NCBI GenBank assembly: GCA_965235115.1
Contig: OZ249445.1
Location: 11,222,001 to 11,286,000, forward strand
Direction of reading: 5' to 3'
Source of the DNA: Laetmonice hystrix
Taxonomy: Eukaryota
Length of the DNA stretch: 64,000 nucleotides
This document shows positions 1-12,467 of the stretch, piece after piece. The position numbers and the translations under genes are program-made. A model generated the notes under the pieces. The model saw nothing but the letters and a program-made list of their open reading frames with translations, ran no database searches and was not told the DNA's origin. The first letter of the stretch is position 1; each line of letters begins with the position of its first letter.

Positions 1-740
1 AGACTTTTTACCAAAGCAATTTCAATTTATCGGATCCGTGTAACAGATTCAATTTTCTCAGAGAGTCATTATGTCTAATTTATCCAGGCATGGAACTTCT
101 AAAGTATTGATATTGCGATGCAGCATTGAAGAGGCAGAGATCGTGCCATGTTAATTAAGGCTTAATAGAATTAAGCCTGGGTAGGGATGCATTAACTGTG
201 CTAGGAGATGTTTTCACGATCTGCAGATGTCGCCCGTCCCGCTGTAGGTGCTCTCTGTAACCATCTTGTACTGGAGTACCTGTAAAGTGATACTTGATGG
301 TTGGGCTGGTCGGTGTGGCACGTGGTGTCTTATGTGTTCAGGCTGGCTATCATATTGGTCGAGTGTTTGTGTACAGTGACACGCGGGAATGGCAAGAGAG
401 AAGTAGAGTGTTGTTCTTGGCCACAGGATCTGTTTGTTTTCAGGTGGAAAGGTGCACTTGTTGGTTGTTAGACTCCACGGTGGGATAGGAGCAAAAAGCT
501 CCTCCTGCCCACGGCGATCTCGAGTAAGTTGTGATCATCCCTATCCATCCAGGCGCCCCAACCCCACACCCGTTTTTACCGCCATCTTTTCTGGTTCACA
601 TTAACTGTTTCTCTCAGTCTGAATCGCTGAGCCACACAGGTGCATGATGTAAGCATAAGAGTATCGAAGTGGACTTTTGTTTCAAACACGGGGATAGGGT
701 GCTAGTTAATGAGGGCATAATGCCACACAGAAATCTCTCA

Positions 741-1048
741 CCCCCCCCCCCCAATTCACTCCCGTGTGGGTCTGTTCACGTCCCCCCCCAATTCACTCCA
801 GTGTGGGTCTGTTCACGTCCCCCCCCCACATTCACTCCCGTGTGGGTCTGTTCACGTCCCCCCCCCAATTCACTCCAGTGTGGGTCTGTTCACGCCCCCC
901 CCCCACATTCACTACCGTGTGGGTCTGTTCACGTCCCCCCCATTCACTCCCGTGTGGGTCTGTTCACGCCCCCCCCCACATTTACTCCCGTGTGGGTCTG
1001 TTCACGTCCCCCCCCCCCCCCCCATTCACTCCCGTGTGGGTCTGTTCA
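741..1048. repeat. Minisatellite, 8 copies of a ~35-44 bp unit (poly-C run + [A/C]ATTCACTCCCGTGTGGGTCTGTTCACG)
   Basis: Core GTGTGGGTCTGTTCA at 764, 801, 840, 878, 917, 952, 990 and 1034. Unit length varies mainly with the C-run. It generates the repetitive ORFs at 669-1179. Confidence 0.97.
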
Positions 1049-1586
1049 GCAGCAGGTATGGACTGCTTGATTTAAACAGTATTATCGGTATAATGGCTTC
1101 TAAAACAATGTCACCCTGGGGTAGTGAAATTCATTCACATCAGTATTGTGTTCCAAATGAACCATTAGTTTCCAGTTAATGTGATAAGAGCAACTATGAA
1201 TATATAGCATTTAATATGTAATTGCCTCCTCGAAGCAGAATAATGACATTTATTATGATTCAATTCCGCAGATATTAACTTTTGAATTGCCTCCGTAAAG
1301 TCTAATATCGCTTTTGTCATTTATTAATGGTTGTCTTGGTGAAGGCAATATTAACAATCAACTCAGTAAGATGAACAACCGACCTGCTTTTGTCATTTTA
1401 TTGACGTTGGGTGTTGTGGAAAGCATATTGACATGCCATTAGATTCATAAGGTATCCTGTACATCTCTTATATGTTGACAGTCCTGTTAATGAAAGTAAC
1501 AAGTTGTCAATGTACCAGGGGTATAGCTACAGCCAAAGTTTATTAGTGATAAGTATACATGTAATAGTAGTCTGATTCAAGATATG

Positions 1587-1815
1587 AAACCCCAATTCAA
1601 CATTATTTACCTTAATCCCCACTTACCGGGTACCTGTCCTATTCCCGAAGTCTGAGAAGGTACGACATTGGTCGGGGGTAACAACCGATAACAGAACAGC
1701 CCTATCAAAACCAGGTCGTGTATCTGTCACATGCTGAGCTGAGAAATTGTATACGCTAGGGCATAGTACAGGTAAGTGGGGGGATTAAGGTATATTTTGT
1801 AATATCGTGGGGTTT
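1587..1815. mobile_element. MITE-like inverted-repeat element (~230 bp)
   Basis: TACCTTAATCCCCACTTACC (1608-1627) is inverted as GGTAAGTGGGGGGATTAAGGTA (1771-1792, two extra G). Outer AAACCCCA (1587-1594) pairs with TGGGGTTT (1808-1815). No ORF, and the TSD is not clear. Confidence 0.6.
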
Positions 1816-2348
1816 ATTACTTTGATTGTGTGTTGGTATCTATTCAATTAAAAAAATATTGTTGGACGTCAAAAGTTGATAAAGTATCAGATTATAGATG
1901 TTTTTCTCCGGACGTGGGATATGAAATGCAAGGCAACCAATTAATAAATTGAACTCGCATGATTCCTAACAGGTCTAATGATATGCGATGTATTAACTAA
2001 TGTCTTGTCCTAAGTCATGCGGTTCTTGTCCAGTGCAGACATTCACAACGCCACTAAATTTACAAATACCGGCCACAGTGTATAACAAGTCTTGCCGGTT
2101 TCCGACACTAATAGACATAGTCTACAAATTTGTTTCTCCTAGTAATCATTTCTAGGCATCGTGACGTTTTGTTGTACGGTACCACTACGATTAAATTAAA
2201 ATAGTATTGACATAGGGAAAAGGGGATGGGCACACTTAAGTGACCTTCGTACGCTCCTGAATAAAACGTACATGATTAGAGTTTACTTACAAACCTCTGA
2301 ATTGGACAGGTTCAGCGTGTACATGATGGATCCAATGACTCAGTGCCC

Positions 2349-3006
2349 CTGTTCCGGCTAGATATGTCCGAACGGCTAGTTATGTCCGAGAGGATATATG
2401 TCCGAAAATATCAGCTAGATATGTCCGGTAACCCGGATATGTCTGCAAATATCAGCTAGATATGTCCGGTAATCCGGATCTGTCCGCAAATATCAACTAG
2501 AAGGTAGGGTTCACTAGTCCGAAAGTTCACTAGTCCGAGGGTTCACTAGTCCGAAGTGGGCAATAGGCAACCCTAATCCAAAAACCAACTATAACTAACC
2601 CTAAACCTAACCTTAACTCTAACCCATATAGGGGATTGGTCTGTCGCACCACTGGGCTGTCGGACTAACGCCCCCCTGAGGTTAACCCCCTATTTGCCCC
2701 ATGTTCCCCTGCCATTGCCTAAATGTCAACTTCGGACTAGTGAACCCTCGGACTAGTGGCCCCCCGGACTAGTAGGTAGTTCCCCAGCTGGATGTGTCCG
2801 GTAATCTGGATATGTCCGCAAATGTCAGCTAGATATGTCCGGTATTCTGGATATGTCCGCAAATGTCAGCTAGATGTGTCCGGTACAGGACACATCTAGC
2901 TGATATTTGCGGACATATCCATTTCTTCGGACACATCTAGCTGATGTTTGCGGACATATCTCCTATCGGACATAACTAGCCGTTCGGACGTATCTAGCCG
3001 GAACAG
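2349..3006. mobile_element. Non-autonomous TIR (foldback/MITE-like) element with internal 41-bp tandem repeats
   Basis: 41-bp terminal inverted repeats at 2349-2389 and 2966-3006 with 1 mismatch. 41-bp units starting CAGCTAGATATGTCCGG (or variants) at 2412, 2453, 2494, 2785, 2826 and 2867, then inverted near 2886. C-runs flank both ends (possible TSD). Confidence 0.85.
2502..2784. mobile_element. Second inverted-repeat element nested inside the 2349-3006 element
   Basis: Perfect 30-bp inverted repeat at 2528-2557 / 2729-2758, built from CACTAGTCCG units. Internal CTAACC-like degenerate repeats at about 2595-2625. It interrupts the host's 41-bp array. Confidence 0.8.
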
Positions 3007-6000
3007 CCCCCCACCGCTCCCACTGCAGTGCTTTTGAAACTCTCGCTGGCAGGTTGTTCGTTTCATAACATTGTCCCCGGATAATCTCCACCAGTGTGGC
3101 TGAGACGGAGCCACATGACCTGGTGGGGGTCTGCACAGTTGGAGGTCCACTGGTATGACACTGTGACCTTAGACGACCAGACAAGAGACTATAGTACACT
3201 CAACATGTAACGGGGAAAAAACGTAATGTTTATATGAGGAGGTCGTATAGACGTATAGGTCTTAGAGACTCAAAATGTTTTCCCTTTTTTATTTAGCCGC
3301 TTCAATCCACATGAAAGTTAACTATACTGACTTCGAATATTGTATTTTCCGTTTAATATTTAAAAAGAATTTCTAATGCACCTAACTTCTAATTCACTTA
3401 AGGTATAAGACAGTGTTGATATGATGAGGAAAGTTAAGTGTACATGCCCTTGTGCAGACTTAGATTGAGTGTTTCATTTTGTATATTCCGACAGCCTCCA
3501 TGAAGTAGTACTGTGATGCCGATATAGACAAATAAGAAAACATCATTCTTAGTGATCACGCCATCTGTTTTTTTTTTCAGTCCAAACAAGTTAGAGAGCT
3601 AGAAAAACTGCACCGCAGTGACGGAGATTGTGTAGACATAAGGATAGGAGGGCCACACCGCAGCCCCAATCTGACTTGATCCGATAAATATCTGTGAAAA
3701 CCGAGGAAACCTTGGATCATATCAGGGTGTGGGATGTCTGCCAAGTGTTGGGTTTTTGTCTTTAATACATATATCATGTGGATGATGTTGCTTGCCTCTG
3801 TCGGTGCATCAGATGTATGTATATTGATGGCGTTACCGGCTGAGCGCTGTCACGTAAGTGAGGCTGATGATCAAACGACAGTATAGAAACAAGCCATGCA
3901 TCATGGCAAATAACACATGGTCCACATAGGAGGATATTTGCACATGGGGCCCATAGTTAATTTATTGAAGACGGTATCTTGTTTCAAAGACAACAATGGC
4001 TTATGAAATGGATGACGCCTAATGTGAGTCATTAAAATGCTCAACAAACGGAAAGCTGAATGCATAATTGGAGAAGAAATCAGTCTGAGATTTCTCAAGT
4101 TTGACATAATAGAAATTATATGAATGAGGAAGGAGAGACTTGCAAAGATAAAACTGCTCTGCCGTTCAGCTCGCATCTGTAATATGTCGTGAAAGATTGT
4201 TGACACTCTTTTTGGTCTCCCAAACACGAGCATCTAAGTTGAACAAAAAACACAGGCTGTTATTTTTTAGTTTCATTTGAATTATGGTAAAATAATTCTC
4301 CATAACAGAAATGAAATGGTAAAAGACTTTATTTTTACATTGTAAGGCGATAATGGTAGGCCCAAATTAAATTAAATCCGAAATTGGATTGTTTAGAATA
4401 AACTTTAATGACACTACTGTGATGCGGAAGTTGTAAGGTAATGACCCTTTCGTTATCTGTTAGACATCTGAAGGGAAGGCGTGAATATTTTTTAAAAAGG
4501 ACATCATCGCAAAGTTTATTGTGGTCATTTACATTTACGTAATGAGACACCGGACAGTGAGGATCATTATTGCCATTGGTTTTGAGAGGATTCATTGAAC
4601 AGATGTCTGCAGTCATGAAAACTTCTTGCTGGACTTACTGGATGTTCTCAATGTAACTTCAGTTGTTAATTCCTTGGAGTAGTTTATGGTCCCTCGAGGT
4701 ACACCATGTGCCCTGGGAGTCAATGATTGCTACCAGATGAGGCTGTAAAAGCATTGATAATCAGGGCTAGGTCATACAGTGTGCACATCATGAAGTGGAG
4801 ATATGGGTGTGATCGGTCAGATTGTGTTTGGTTCACAGTACCGTATAGTGCGAATAAAGCTGTTTCCCAACAAGAAGAATTTCACTATTATGTTTGCTGG
4901 AATAACTCGTATAATAAACTGTTGGTAGAAAGGAGTCTAAATACTGTATTGAACAACCATTTCAATTTTAGAAGCAAAAAATCTAAATACCAACGATAGC
5001 GAACTGTTTAAAGAAATCCCCAAACCTCGTTACACACAGTTACTCCATCAAATAGAGTGATGAACAAACTCGACTAACATATATATTAGTAGATACGTGT
5101 ATAGGCTGTTCGAGACCAATAGTTGATGAGGGAGGTAATGGGCAGGAGGAGAAGAATTTCTCTGGGCTGCCGACTTAATCTAATGATGTTACGAGAAGAA
5201 GCAGACACCGGTTCCTATCTGTAGCATTTTTCTGTCGCTCGAAAGTGGCCAATTTGTGTGGATCACCCCATGGCTTGATTCGCTGCTCTATGATGGCCTA
5301 CTTTACCATGCGAACGTTCCCGTCCCACCACTTAAATAACTCTGAGTGATACTGTAAGGGAGTTAGTGGATGATAATTGAATGACTATTAGTGAACTTTT
5401 GCATGCGCAAGTGCTTGACGTTGCTAAGCAGTGGCATCACAGGGAGAGAGGACGCTTCCACTGCCCGTAAATGAACAGTGGCAGTGTTGATGAATCAAGA
5501 ACTCTTTTAGAAAGATAGCGCTTAAGAAGTTCTGGTACTCTTTCAGAAGAAGTAGCAGCACACGAGGCTTACAGACCACATGTCATCTCCTTGTATTCAA
5601 GTATACTTCCTAGTGGTGCATGTTGCAAGCATTGGTAATCAGCCCTGATTTAGTAGGTATAAGTGAAGAGAAAAAGTGTGATGGATGGCTAGATATGTGA
5701 AGAAATCAGGTCTACAGGTTTTATTGTCATACTGCGGATATATTCAAGTGCTCGAATGTAAATGATGGCATGGCAAATGATTCATTTACAGAAGCAAAAA
5801 ACCTCTGGATGCTCGATTGAGCAAACTCTAAGGAGAATGTTTGCGAGCGAGCATACAAGTATTTAATTTCTTGTTTTAAAAACTCAAGAGGCGTGAAAAT
5901 TGGCTGGCATTTCAAGGGCACCATTACATATTGAGTCCCTAGACTGAGGAGTGAAGGGTATTCGAGTGTTCTTGCAAATGGCAACTAAGTCATTTGGTGT

Positions 6001-8549
6001 GGCCTGTGGTCCAATTGAACAAGCACCGTGCTTCAGCTGGTCCTATTGAAGCTGTAAGTGCACAAGTCCATTGGAATTGGACAAGGAGTCTATTTGGCAC
6101 AGCCCTGTAGCTATTAAGTCTTTAGCAGGCACAGTCGAGCAGTATGGTGCCAGAGAAGCCTGATTCAAGTTCAGTGCGCAATGAGGAGCTCTATAACTCT
6201 TCAGCTCGTGTCATGGACCGGTCCAGTTTGATTGGTAATAGACTAGGGTTGATCACAGATTACTTCAGTCGACATTCTCAGTACATTTTCGCACTTAATT
6301 TCACATAATGAGAAAATTTAGAAAATTTCACCCTTCACTGGCTGGGTGTCGGTGGTCAATTAAGGTGCAATGTTTCATCGTACTTACTTTGCTGGGCCAG
6401 TGGTCTGCAGTGCAATTTGACTGGGCAATGGTCGGTGCTGAGGGAGCGTGCCCAGAGTGGCCCAATGAGGCTGGATCAATAGGTTAAGCAGCTCCATTTC
6501 ATGGGGCTACGCCATTTCATTTTAGTCAATGGGGAAGGGGACGTGAACTCTTGCCATCACTGTCTTCATAACATTGACTTCATGTGTGTCCATTTAATAT
6601 TCGATATAGGCTTAGCTAGACTTCGAATGCCTGACCGTAGGTAAAGTATTCAGTGATAAATGGCTGCATTTCAATAAAGAGAGAGTAGCGACTGGAGTGA
6701 GCGTACGCTAGCGCTACATCTTTCATGGATGGTAGTGCCTCCTGACAGCAGCAGGCACTACTACACGTCCAGTGCTGCCAGTGTTACCAGCCTCCTCTCC
6801 CCGCCGCGTGGTGGTAGCGCCTGTCACAGGGAGCCGGGCCACCGCCACACTTGCAGGACCACAACACTCGGAGGCTGGCCACACGTACTTCCACTGCACT
6901 TGGAAAATCGCTCACCGCAAGACCGCTCCTAAACCTCAGCAAGTGGAACTACACTTTAGTATTGTACCACCGAATCTACAAGAACGTGTGCTCATTGAGA
7001 AGAGACCAGCAAAGCAGCACCTCGCCCACTTCGACTACCGAACAGATGGTGGGCCTCCGCGCCCGCCCTTGATTGGTTGACCCATGGGATGCGCCGAGAC
7101 CCCCGCAGGTATGTAGGGCAACCTCAATCCACATGGCTGCCATCACTGTCAGTCTATAACCACTGCTGAAGACATCCAGCCAGAATGCCATCGAGGGAAA
7201 CTGCAATGTCAAAGCACTGCAGACAACTGTAGTCTAGGCTGACAACAACCAATGAGTGTTCAGCGGGGCGTCTAACGGTCTAGTAAATGTATCGAGGGTG
7301 TCCGGAGTTAAACTAGGTAGTGATATTGACTGGTACTTGCGGAGCTGACAGAGCCCCTTCCAAACACATGGTCAAGGCATTGGGTGCTCCTGTTTGGGTC
7401 CACAGGTCATAGATTCTGCAGGCAGCAGCCTGACATGGTTATGCACTTGGGAGAAGTGCTTAGAATATTAACTGCCTGTGGTCTGTCTCAGAGTCTGAGT
7501 GAACGTGGGTGGCAGTAGGCATCGACTGAAGCCTATCCTTGCCGACAGCCTCCATATGTTGCGAGCTCATTACTTGGTACTGCACTGGAACATCTGTCGA
7601 TTAATTCACGCTTCACCAAACAAGGTCTGTGCCAAGGATTACCCACATCCATGCATGGCCATGTGGGTGTGTGTGTGGAGGGGGGCTGCAGGTGGAATGT
7701 CCATGGGGCTGGCCATGGCCTATAGTGGCCGGCACACCTTGGAATACTAACCGGGGTGGCAGTGTAATATCCACGGTGGCAAAGCCAATCAGATGTGGCC
7801 ATGAATGTCATACGTTATTGCATATCCCCGTGAATCAAGTACCCCATCCATGCCTCGATGTGCCTCGTAACTGAACTGGCATGTTCTAATGCTGGCAGCA
7901 CGATTCAATTAATTTTATTGCGCATGAGGTACGTAAAGATTTCAGTGTCATCTTTGATACCCCTCAGCCAATTCGTCCGCAAGCCTGCCACCGAGACTCT
8001 TTTCTTGGCCACAGTCTGTCATACAAATTAGGGTAATGGCCTCCCAGGGCAAGGATTAGCCTTGATGCGACTTCAGCAAGGCAAAAATCTGATCAGAATC
8101 TCATCCTAAAAAGCTCCATTGAACAAAAGCACTAGGAAGAGTGTAGGCCAAAGAATCCCTTTAAAGCAATTGCAAGTAACCTAATAGATTGTTTCAGCAA
8201 GCTCATGACCTCATGTTACATTTACAGGGATGGCACATGGCAGTATTATTATGTAGAGAGTTGACTATTCGGCATTCGTTATAGAAATCCATGTAGACTT
8301 CATACAGTTTTGTTGACATTCTTATTATTAGAACAGTGAAATCTTCAGTATATGCGATATATCTGCCCTCAGGTCAATAATCTATAGGAAGATGACAATC
8401 ATACTACCGTAATCTTTCTAAATACTAATATTCTGCAATGAGGAGCGCCGCCTCCTAGATATTGGAAATGACTTTTATAGAGTGAAGTTAATATGCTGCA
8501 CTGTTTGGATATTTGAAATTTGAAAGTCGAGGGAACATTGCAACATTGG

Positions 8550-8563
8550 CTGCCCTCTGCTGG
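8550..8563 (-). promoter_or_regulatory. CTCF core motif match
   Basis: Reverse complement CCAGCAGAGGGCAG matches CCASYAGRKGGCRS exactly. Confidence 0.5.
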
Positions 8564-9921
8564 TGGGCCGCTTGCTTTTTCTCAGTGTATTAGGTGAGAT
8601 ATTTGGTTGTCAGTTTGTTTAAAAGAAAATAACACCCACTGAAGTGTAGCAAAACACTCAGATGTAAACGGTAATATGAGTTTGATGGATTTTATATTAT
8701 GTTCATACAAGTCAAATAAAGACAGTCAGTATTATATTTCCAACATTGCTATTAAAAATTAAATATTGTAAGATGTGTTTGTTAAATATTTGTACAGGAG
8801 TAATTGTCTTAGAACACTTATGCTTTACAGTTTAACAACCAAAGAATCCACTTCCATTACTACTTTCGCCTATTCTCTCACTGGGTCTGATATAGCGTCC
8901 TTAAGTTAAAAAGCACATGAAATTGCCATTTGAGATAAAATACAGGATATTTCAAATTTGGGATTTATTCTTTCTCTAATGATGGGCCTAAAGGTGTAAT
9001 CCTTTGTGAAACTTTACATGCTGTCGCATGATTGCCTCAGTTTTAATTGACTTTATATATTAGCCTTGTTAGTGGAAATCATACATATGCTGTTCTTGTT
9101 TCGAGGATGCATACAAACTGTAGTCTGAAACTATGCTTCATTACAATGCCATTGTTTTAATCCAGCAGTGTTTGGCTGGGGTTTTGCTCAAGCTTTCCCA
9201 CCAGTAATGACGTAGTCAATGCAGTATGACGGTTTGGTTGATCCATATTTCTAAGCCTGATTTGATTCTTTATAAACAAACGGCCCCTCACAATGAGGTA
9301 TTTGTCGGCCAATGATGCATGTACATGAATTGATTACTTGTGAGGATGGAAGGAAAGAGAAAGAAGCCACATGGAACATGACAGGACGGAAGATGGAGAC
9401 AAGGAATATTGTCCCACTTATCGGCCTCTCGTTATAAGCGTCCTTACTGTCGTTGCTTTGACCATGTTCCCCATTTGACGTGTTCAGAAATCTGCCCCCT
9501 CCCCATGTGATCAAATAGGCCAGTCGGAAGACACAATTGGCTTCACAATTGGCTTCATTTGATTACGTATCTTGAGAAACGATTTCATGGGGAACGTCGG
9601 TAAATCAAACAGTAGAGTAAAGAGTAAAGTCTCAGAGGCTGAAGTTTGCATGCTGGGACATATACCGGGCTATACATGTCGATTCCAACCAGTTCCGACC
9701 ATTTTCCCCCATTATGTACATGGCATGTATCATGTATTTACTTGGTTGACACACCTCTTGATATTGCTCTACCGTATCCTTACTTGAGCAGTGAGGACTC
9801 ATTTGGCACTATTGAAGTGGATAGATATTGCTACGTCGTGTCACTGTTTCTTTTATAAATTTAAGAAGACGTGCCTTGTTGGAAAGCAAATAGCGAATGT
9901 CCCTGTTTTCTGTCGTTTCAG

Positions 9922-9960
9922 GTGAGTTAATCGGTTCTTTGCATCCTCTTGGCAAAAATG
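9922..9960 (+). CDS. Putative internal coding micro-exon (39 nt, phase 1-1), peptide xELIGSLHPLGKNx, host gene unidentified
   Basis: Acceptor CCCTGTTTTCTGTCGTTTCAG ends at 9921, donor ATG|GTAAGT starts at 9961. Length is divisible by 3 and only the phase-1 frame is stop-free. Confidence 0.6.
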
Positions 9961-12453
9961 GTAAGTCGATGAATTTTTATGAAGTGTCAAAAATGGTTTA
10001 TTTCATAGTTGAATAAAATAAATGAATAACCTTCCGTTGTATTCAATAATATGATTCAGCAACCACTAGTGTACTTTAAGCAATGTTTACAATAAAATAA
10101 GACTTAATAAAATAAAACTTTTCAACAGATTGCTTGAAGTAAGTGATACCGTCATTACAAATTTAAGATTAATTGTTTTGAAAGATTCTGCAATGGCTGT
10201 TGTTACAACAGGAACAATAACCATGAAAACGCAAATTTTAGAGGATATTTTAGCAACGGTTTGATTTGGGCCGTTACTTTTTTGAAAATGAATGGAAGTA
10301 TTGTTATGAATTTGCTTGAAAAGCCTGTATAATTGACCACTGCTAATTTCATATGTGCACTTTCACGTTCTTTCTATCCTTTGTTTTAGCCTACTGTGTC
10401 ATGTTAATGTTGTGTAAGATAGATGTTATTGGAGGTACTCTATGTCTATTATATTATAATATTTTCATATTATGAATGGTATAATATTTAATCCTGCATT
10501 TTTGTACGTGGTGTTTTACGGTTGTATCTATCTGTGTACAAACTGTGATACCGATACGAGGCAGGTTTGCTAAGCTGATCACAGTACTCTCTCAGCTAGT
10601 AGAGAACTCTTGATTCGGATTATGAGAGTCTACAGACGTCTCCATCATCTGACCGAATCATTTCAGGTTTCAGAAGAGCACATTGGTGTTCTTTGATTGG
10701 AAAATTAGGATACTTAGGAACAAATTATGAAGGGGTCTCTCAGGGATCTTAGAGCATGCGTTCAATTACATAGGTCTTGGCAACTTAATAATGTCATTGA
10801 ATGGGACAGGAGAGACCAGATCGTGCTCCTAGCCTGTCTTGCCGTACGTCAGGGGCATACAGGAAGGGCTCACACCCCGACAGTCGGACTTCTCCACTCT
10901 GGCCCCGTATCTGGCTGCTGTGGCCGTACGTGAGCCTTACGGGACAGGTCATCACTATCTAATGGTCTGTCAGACCACCACAGTCATTCGGCTCGCATCC
11001 CAGGTCACATGACCTCTACTGGTCACCTCGGAGATGGCATCTGGCCTGACCTCTGCTGTGACCTTGAGCGGTGTTTGGTTGACAGTTGTCTGTCGGGAGG
11101 TGACGGGTAAGTGTGTGGCAGGGACACGGGGACATTGTTTGGGACCGACTGGGATGATCCTGCCTGATATAGAGGTGGTCCTGTCTCCCCTCCTGAGTTA
11201 CACACCGCTCTATGTGGCCATCGTCAGAGGTAAGAAACAAATCACTCGGGTTAGTCACTAGTTGCTGCCTCGTCTTTAATTTTCTCATTGGAATGTACGG
11301 TCCTAAATAAGGGACGAGTGATGAAATACTGGGTAGAACAATTAATGGCGCTGCTGTCAATATGGGAACCGCGTCACGTTTTGAGAGCTGGGTTGTCGTG
11401 GGATGAAGGTCCCCCACTAGGGCTGACCTGCGGACTATTGTCGTTCACATCGTTGAGTACAGAAAATGAGGGCCGCACTGTATGTCGCTCGATTCAAGTC
11501 TTATGAAGTCGGCCTGAAGAGTTGTTCTGCCGACCTCCAGGGAATTAAGCTGTAGTATTCATGACGATCATAGGCGGATCTTCTTTGTCCGGTCAAAGGC
11601 TCGAGGATGCCAGTGTAGAGTTAGGGGAGTCGGTTGGGGCCTTAAGGCATGCACCGCAGTCTTTTAGAAGGGGAATGTCGGCAGGGCCAAGGCTAGCATT
11701 TGCTTGCAAAGAATCAGTATTGGCCATCTGAGCACCCTAAGTTATGGTTGATGATGAGAAGGGGCCTGATGGGTGCCATCAATAATAAGAGCCACCCAAG
11801 ATGGCCCCATTACTGGAGGATTGCTGCTGGTTGGCCACCGAATCACAGGCATACATTACACACGCCGGAGGCTTACTGGAGACGCATGGCGATGTCATGG
11901 GACGACCGTAGATGGACGTCAGTGTGTTCGGACAGGGAGGATATTGGTGGTCCGTGATTACGGCTTGCCGAGGCCTTATGGCTTACTAAGTGAGCCTGGG
12001 TCTAGGGCCGGATGGCTAAGTGCCAGTCGTATGCTTCATAACAACTGCTCATGCCAAGGCCTCTCATCATGGCGACCACTCAGACCCGGTCGTCCACAGC
12101 TCCGACGGTTTTAGACATAGAAGGCTCGAACCGATGATTAATATCAGATCTATTGTAAAAGGGCTCAATAGAGTCGGAATACACAGAGGTGTTCCAGCAG
12201 AGACAGCAACCTTCAGGCTTTAGTGAAAGTACGAGGTCATGTACGGATCGCAATGAGGACAATCCTTTTAATAATGCAGTTCTAAATGGATCGCTATGTT
12301 TATGAAGACACACTTTCATCCTTAGAGAAAACCAAAAGAATATGCGTATATATTTTCCCTCAAAGTGAACAAATATAAATACAGAATGTCATTCCCTTGT
12401 TTCCATCTTTGTGCTGCAATATCAGGAGTTTTGTGGCTAGCAAGAGTCAAGTA

Positions 12454-12467
12454 CCAGTAGATGGCAG
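12454..12467 (+). promoter_or_regulatory. CTCF core motif match
   Basis: CCAGTAGATGGCAG matches CCASYAGRKGGCRS exactly. Confidence 0.5.

Noticed and set aside
669-1179. Three overlapping Pro-rich ORFs (103-137 aa)
   Set aside because: They are translation artefacts of the poly-C minisatellite.
2595-2625. Telomere-like CTAACC repeats
   Set aside because: Short, degenerate and internal to an inverted-repeat element, so not an interstitial telomere array.
3195-3442. TA-flanked Tc1/mariner-like MITE (CACTCAAC / GTTAAGTG)
   Set aside because: Only 8 bp of inverted match with one mismatch, which is within chance.
5330-6000. Stop-interrupted, protein-looking frames suggesting a decayed TE or viral gene (also 12080-13036, 13553-14211, 27387-28311, 59300-59520)
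   Set aside because: I recognised no RT (YxDD), integrase, transposase or capsid motifs, and the stop density is not clearly below random. A tblastx/HMM search would be needed to revive these.
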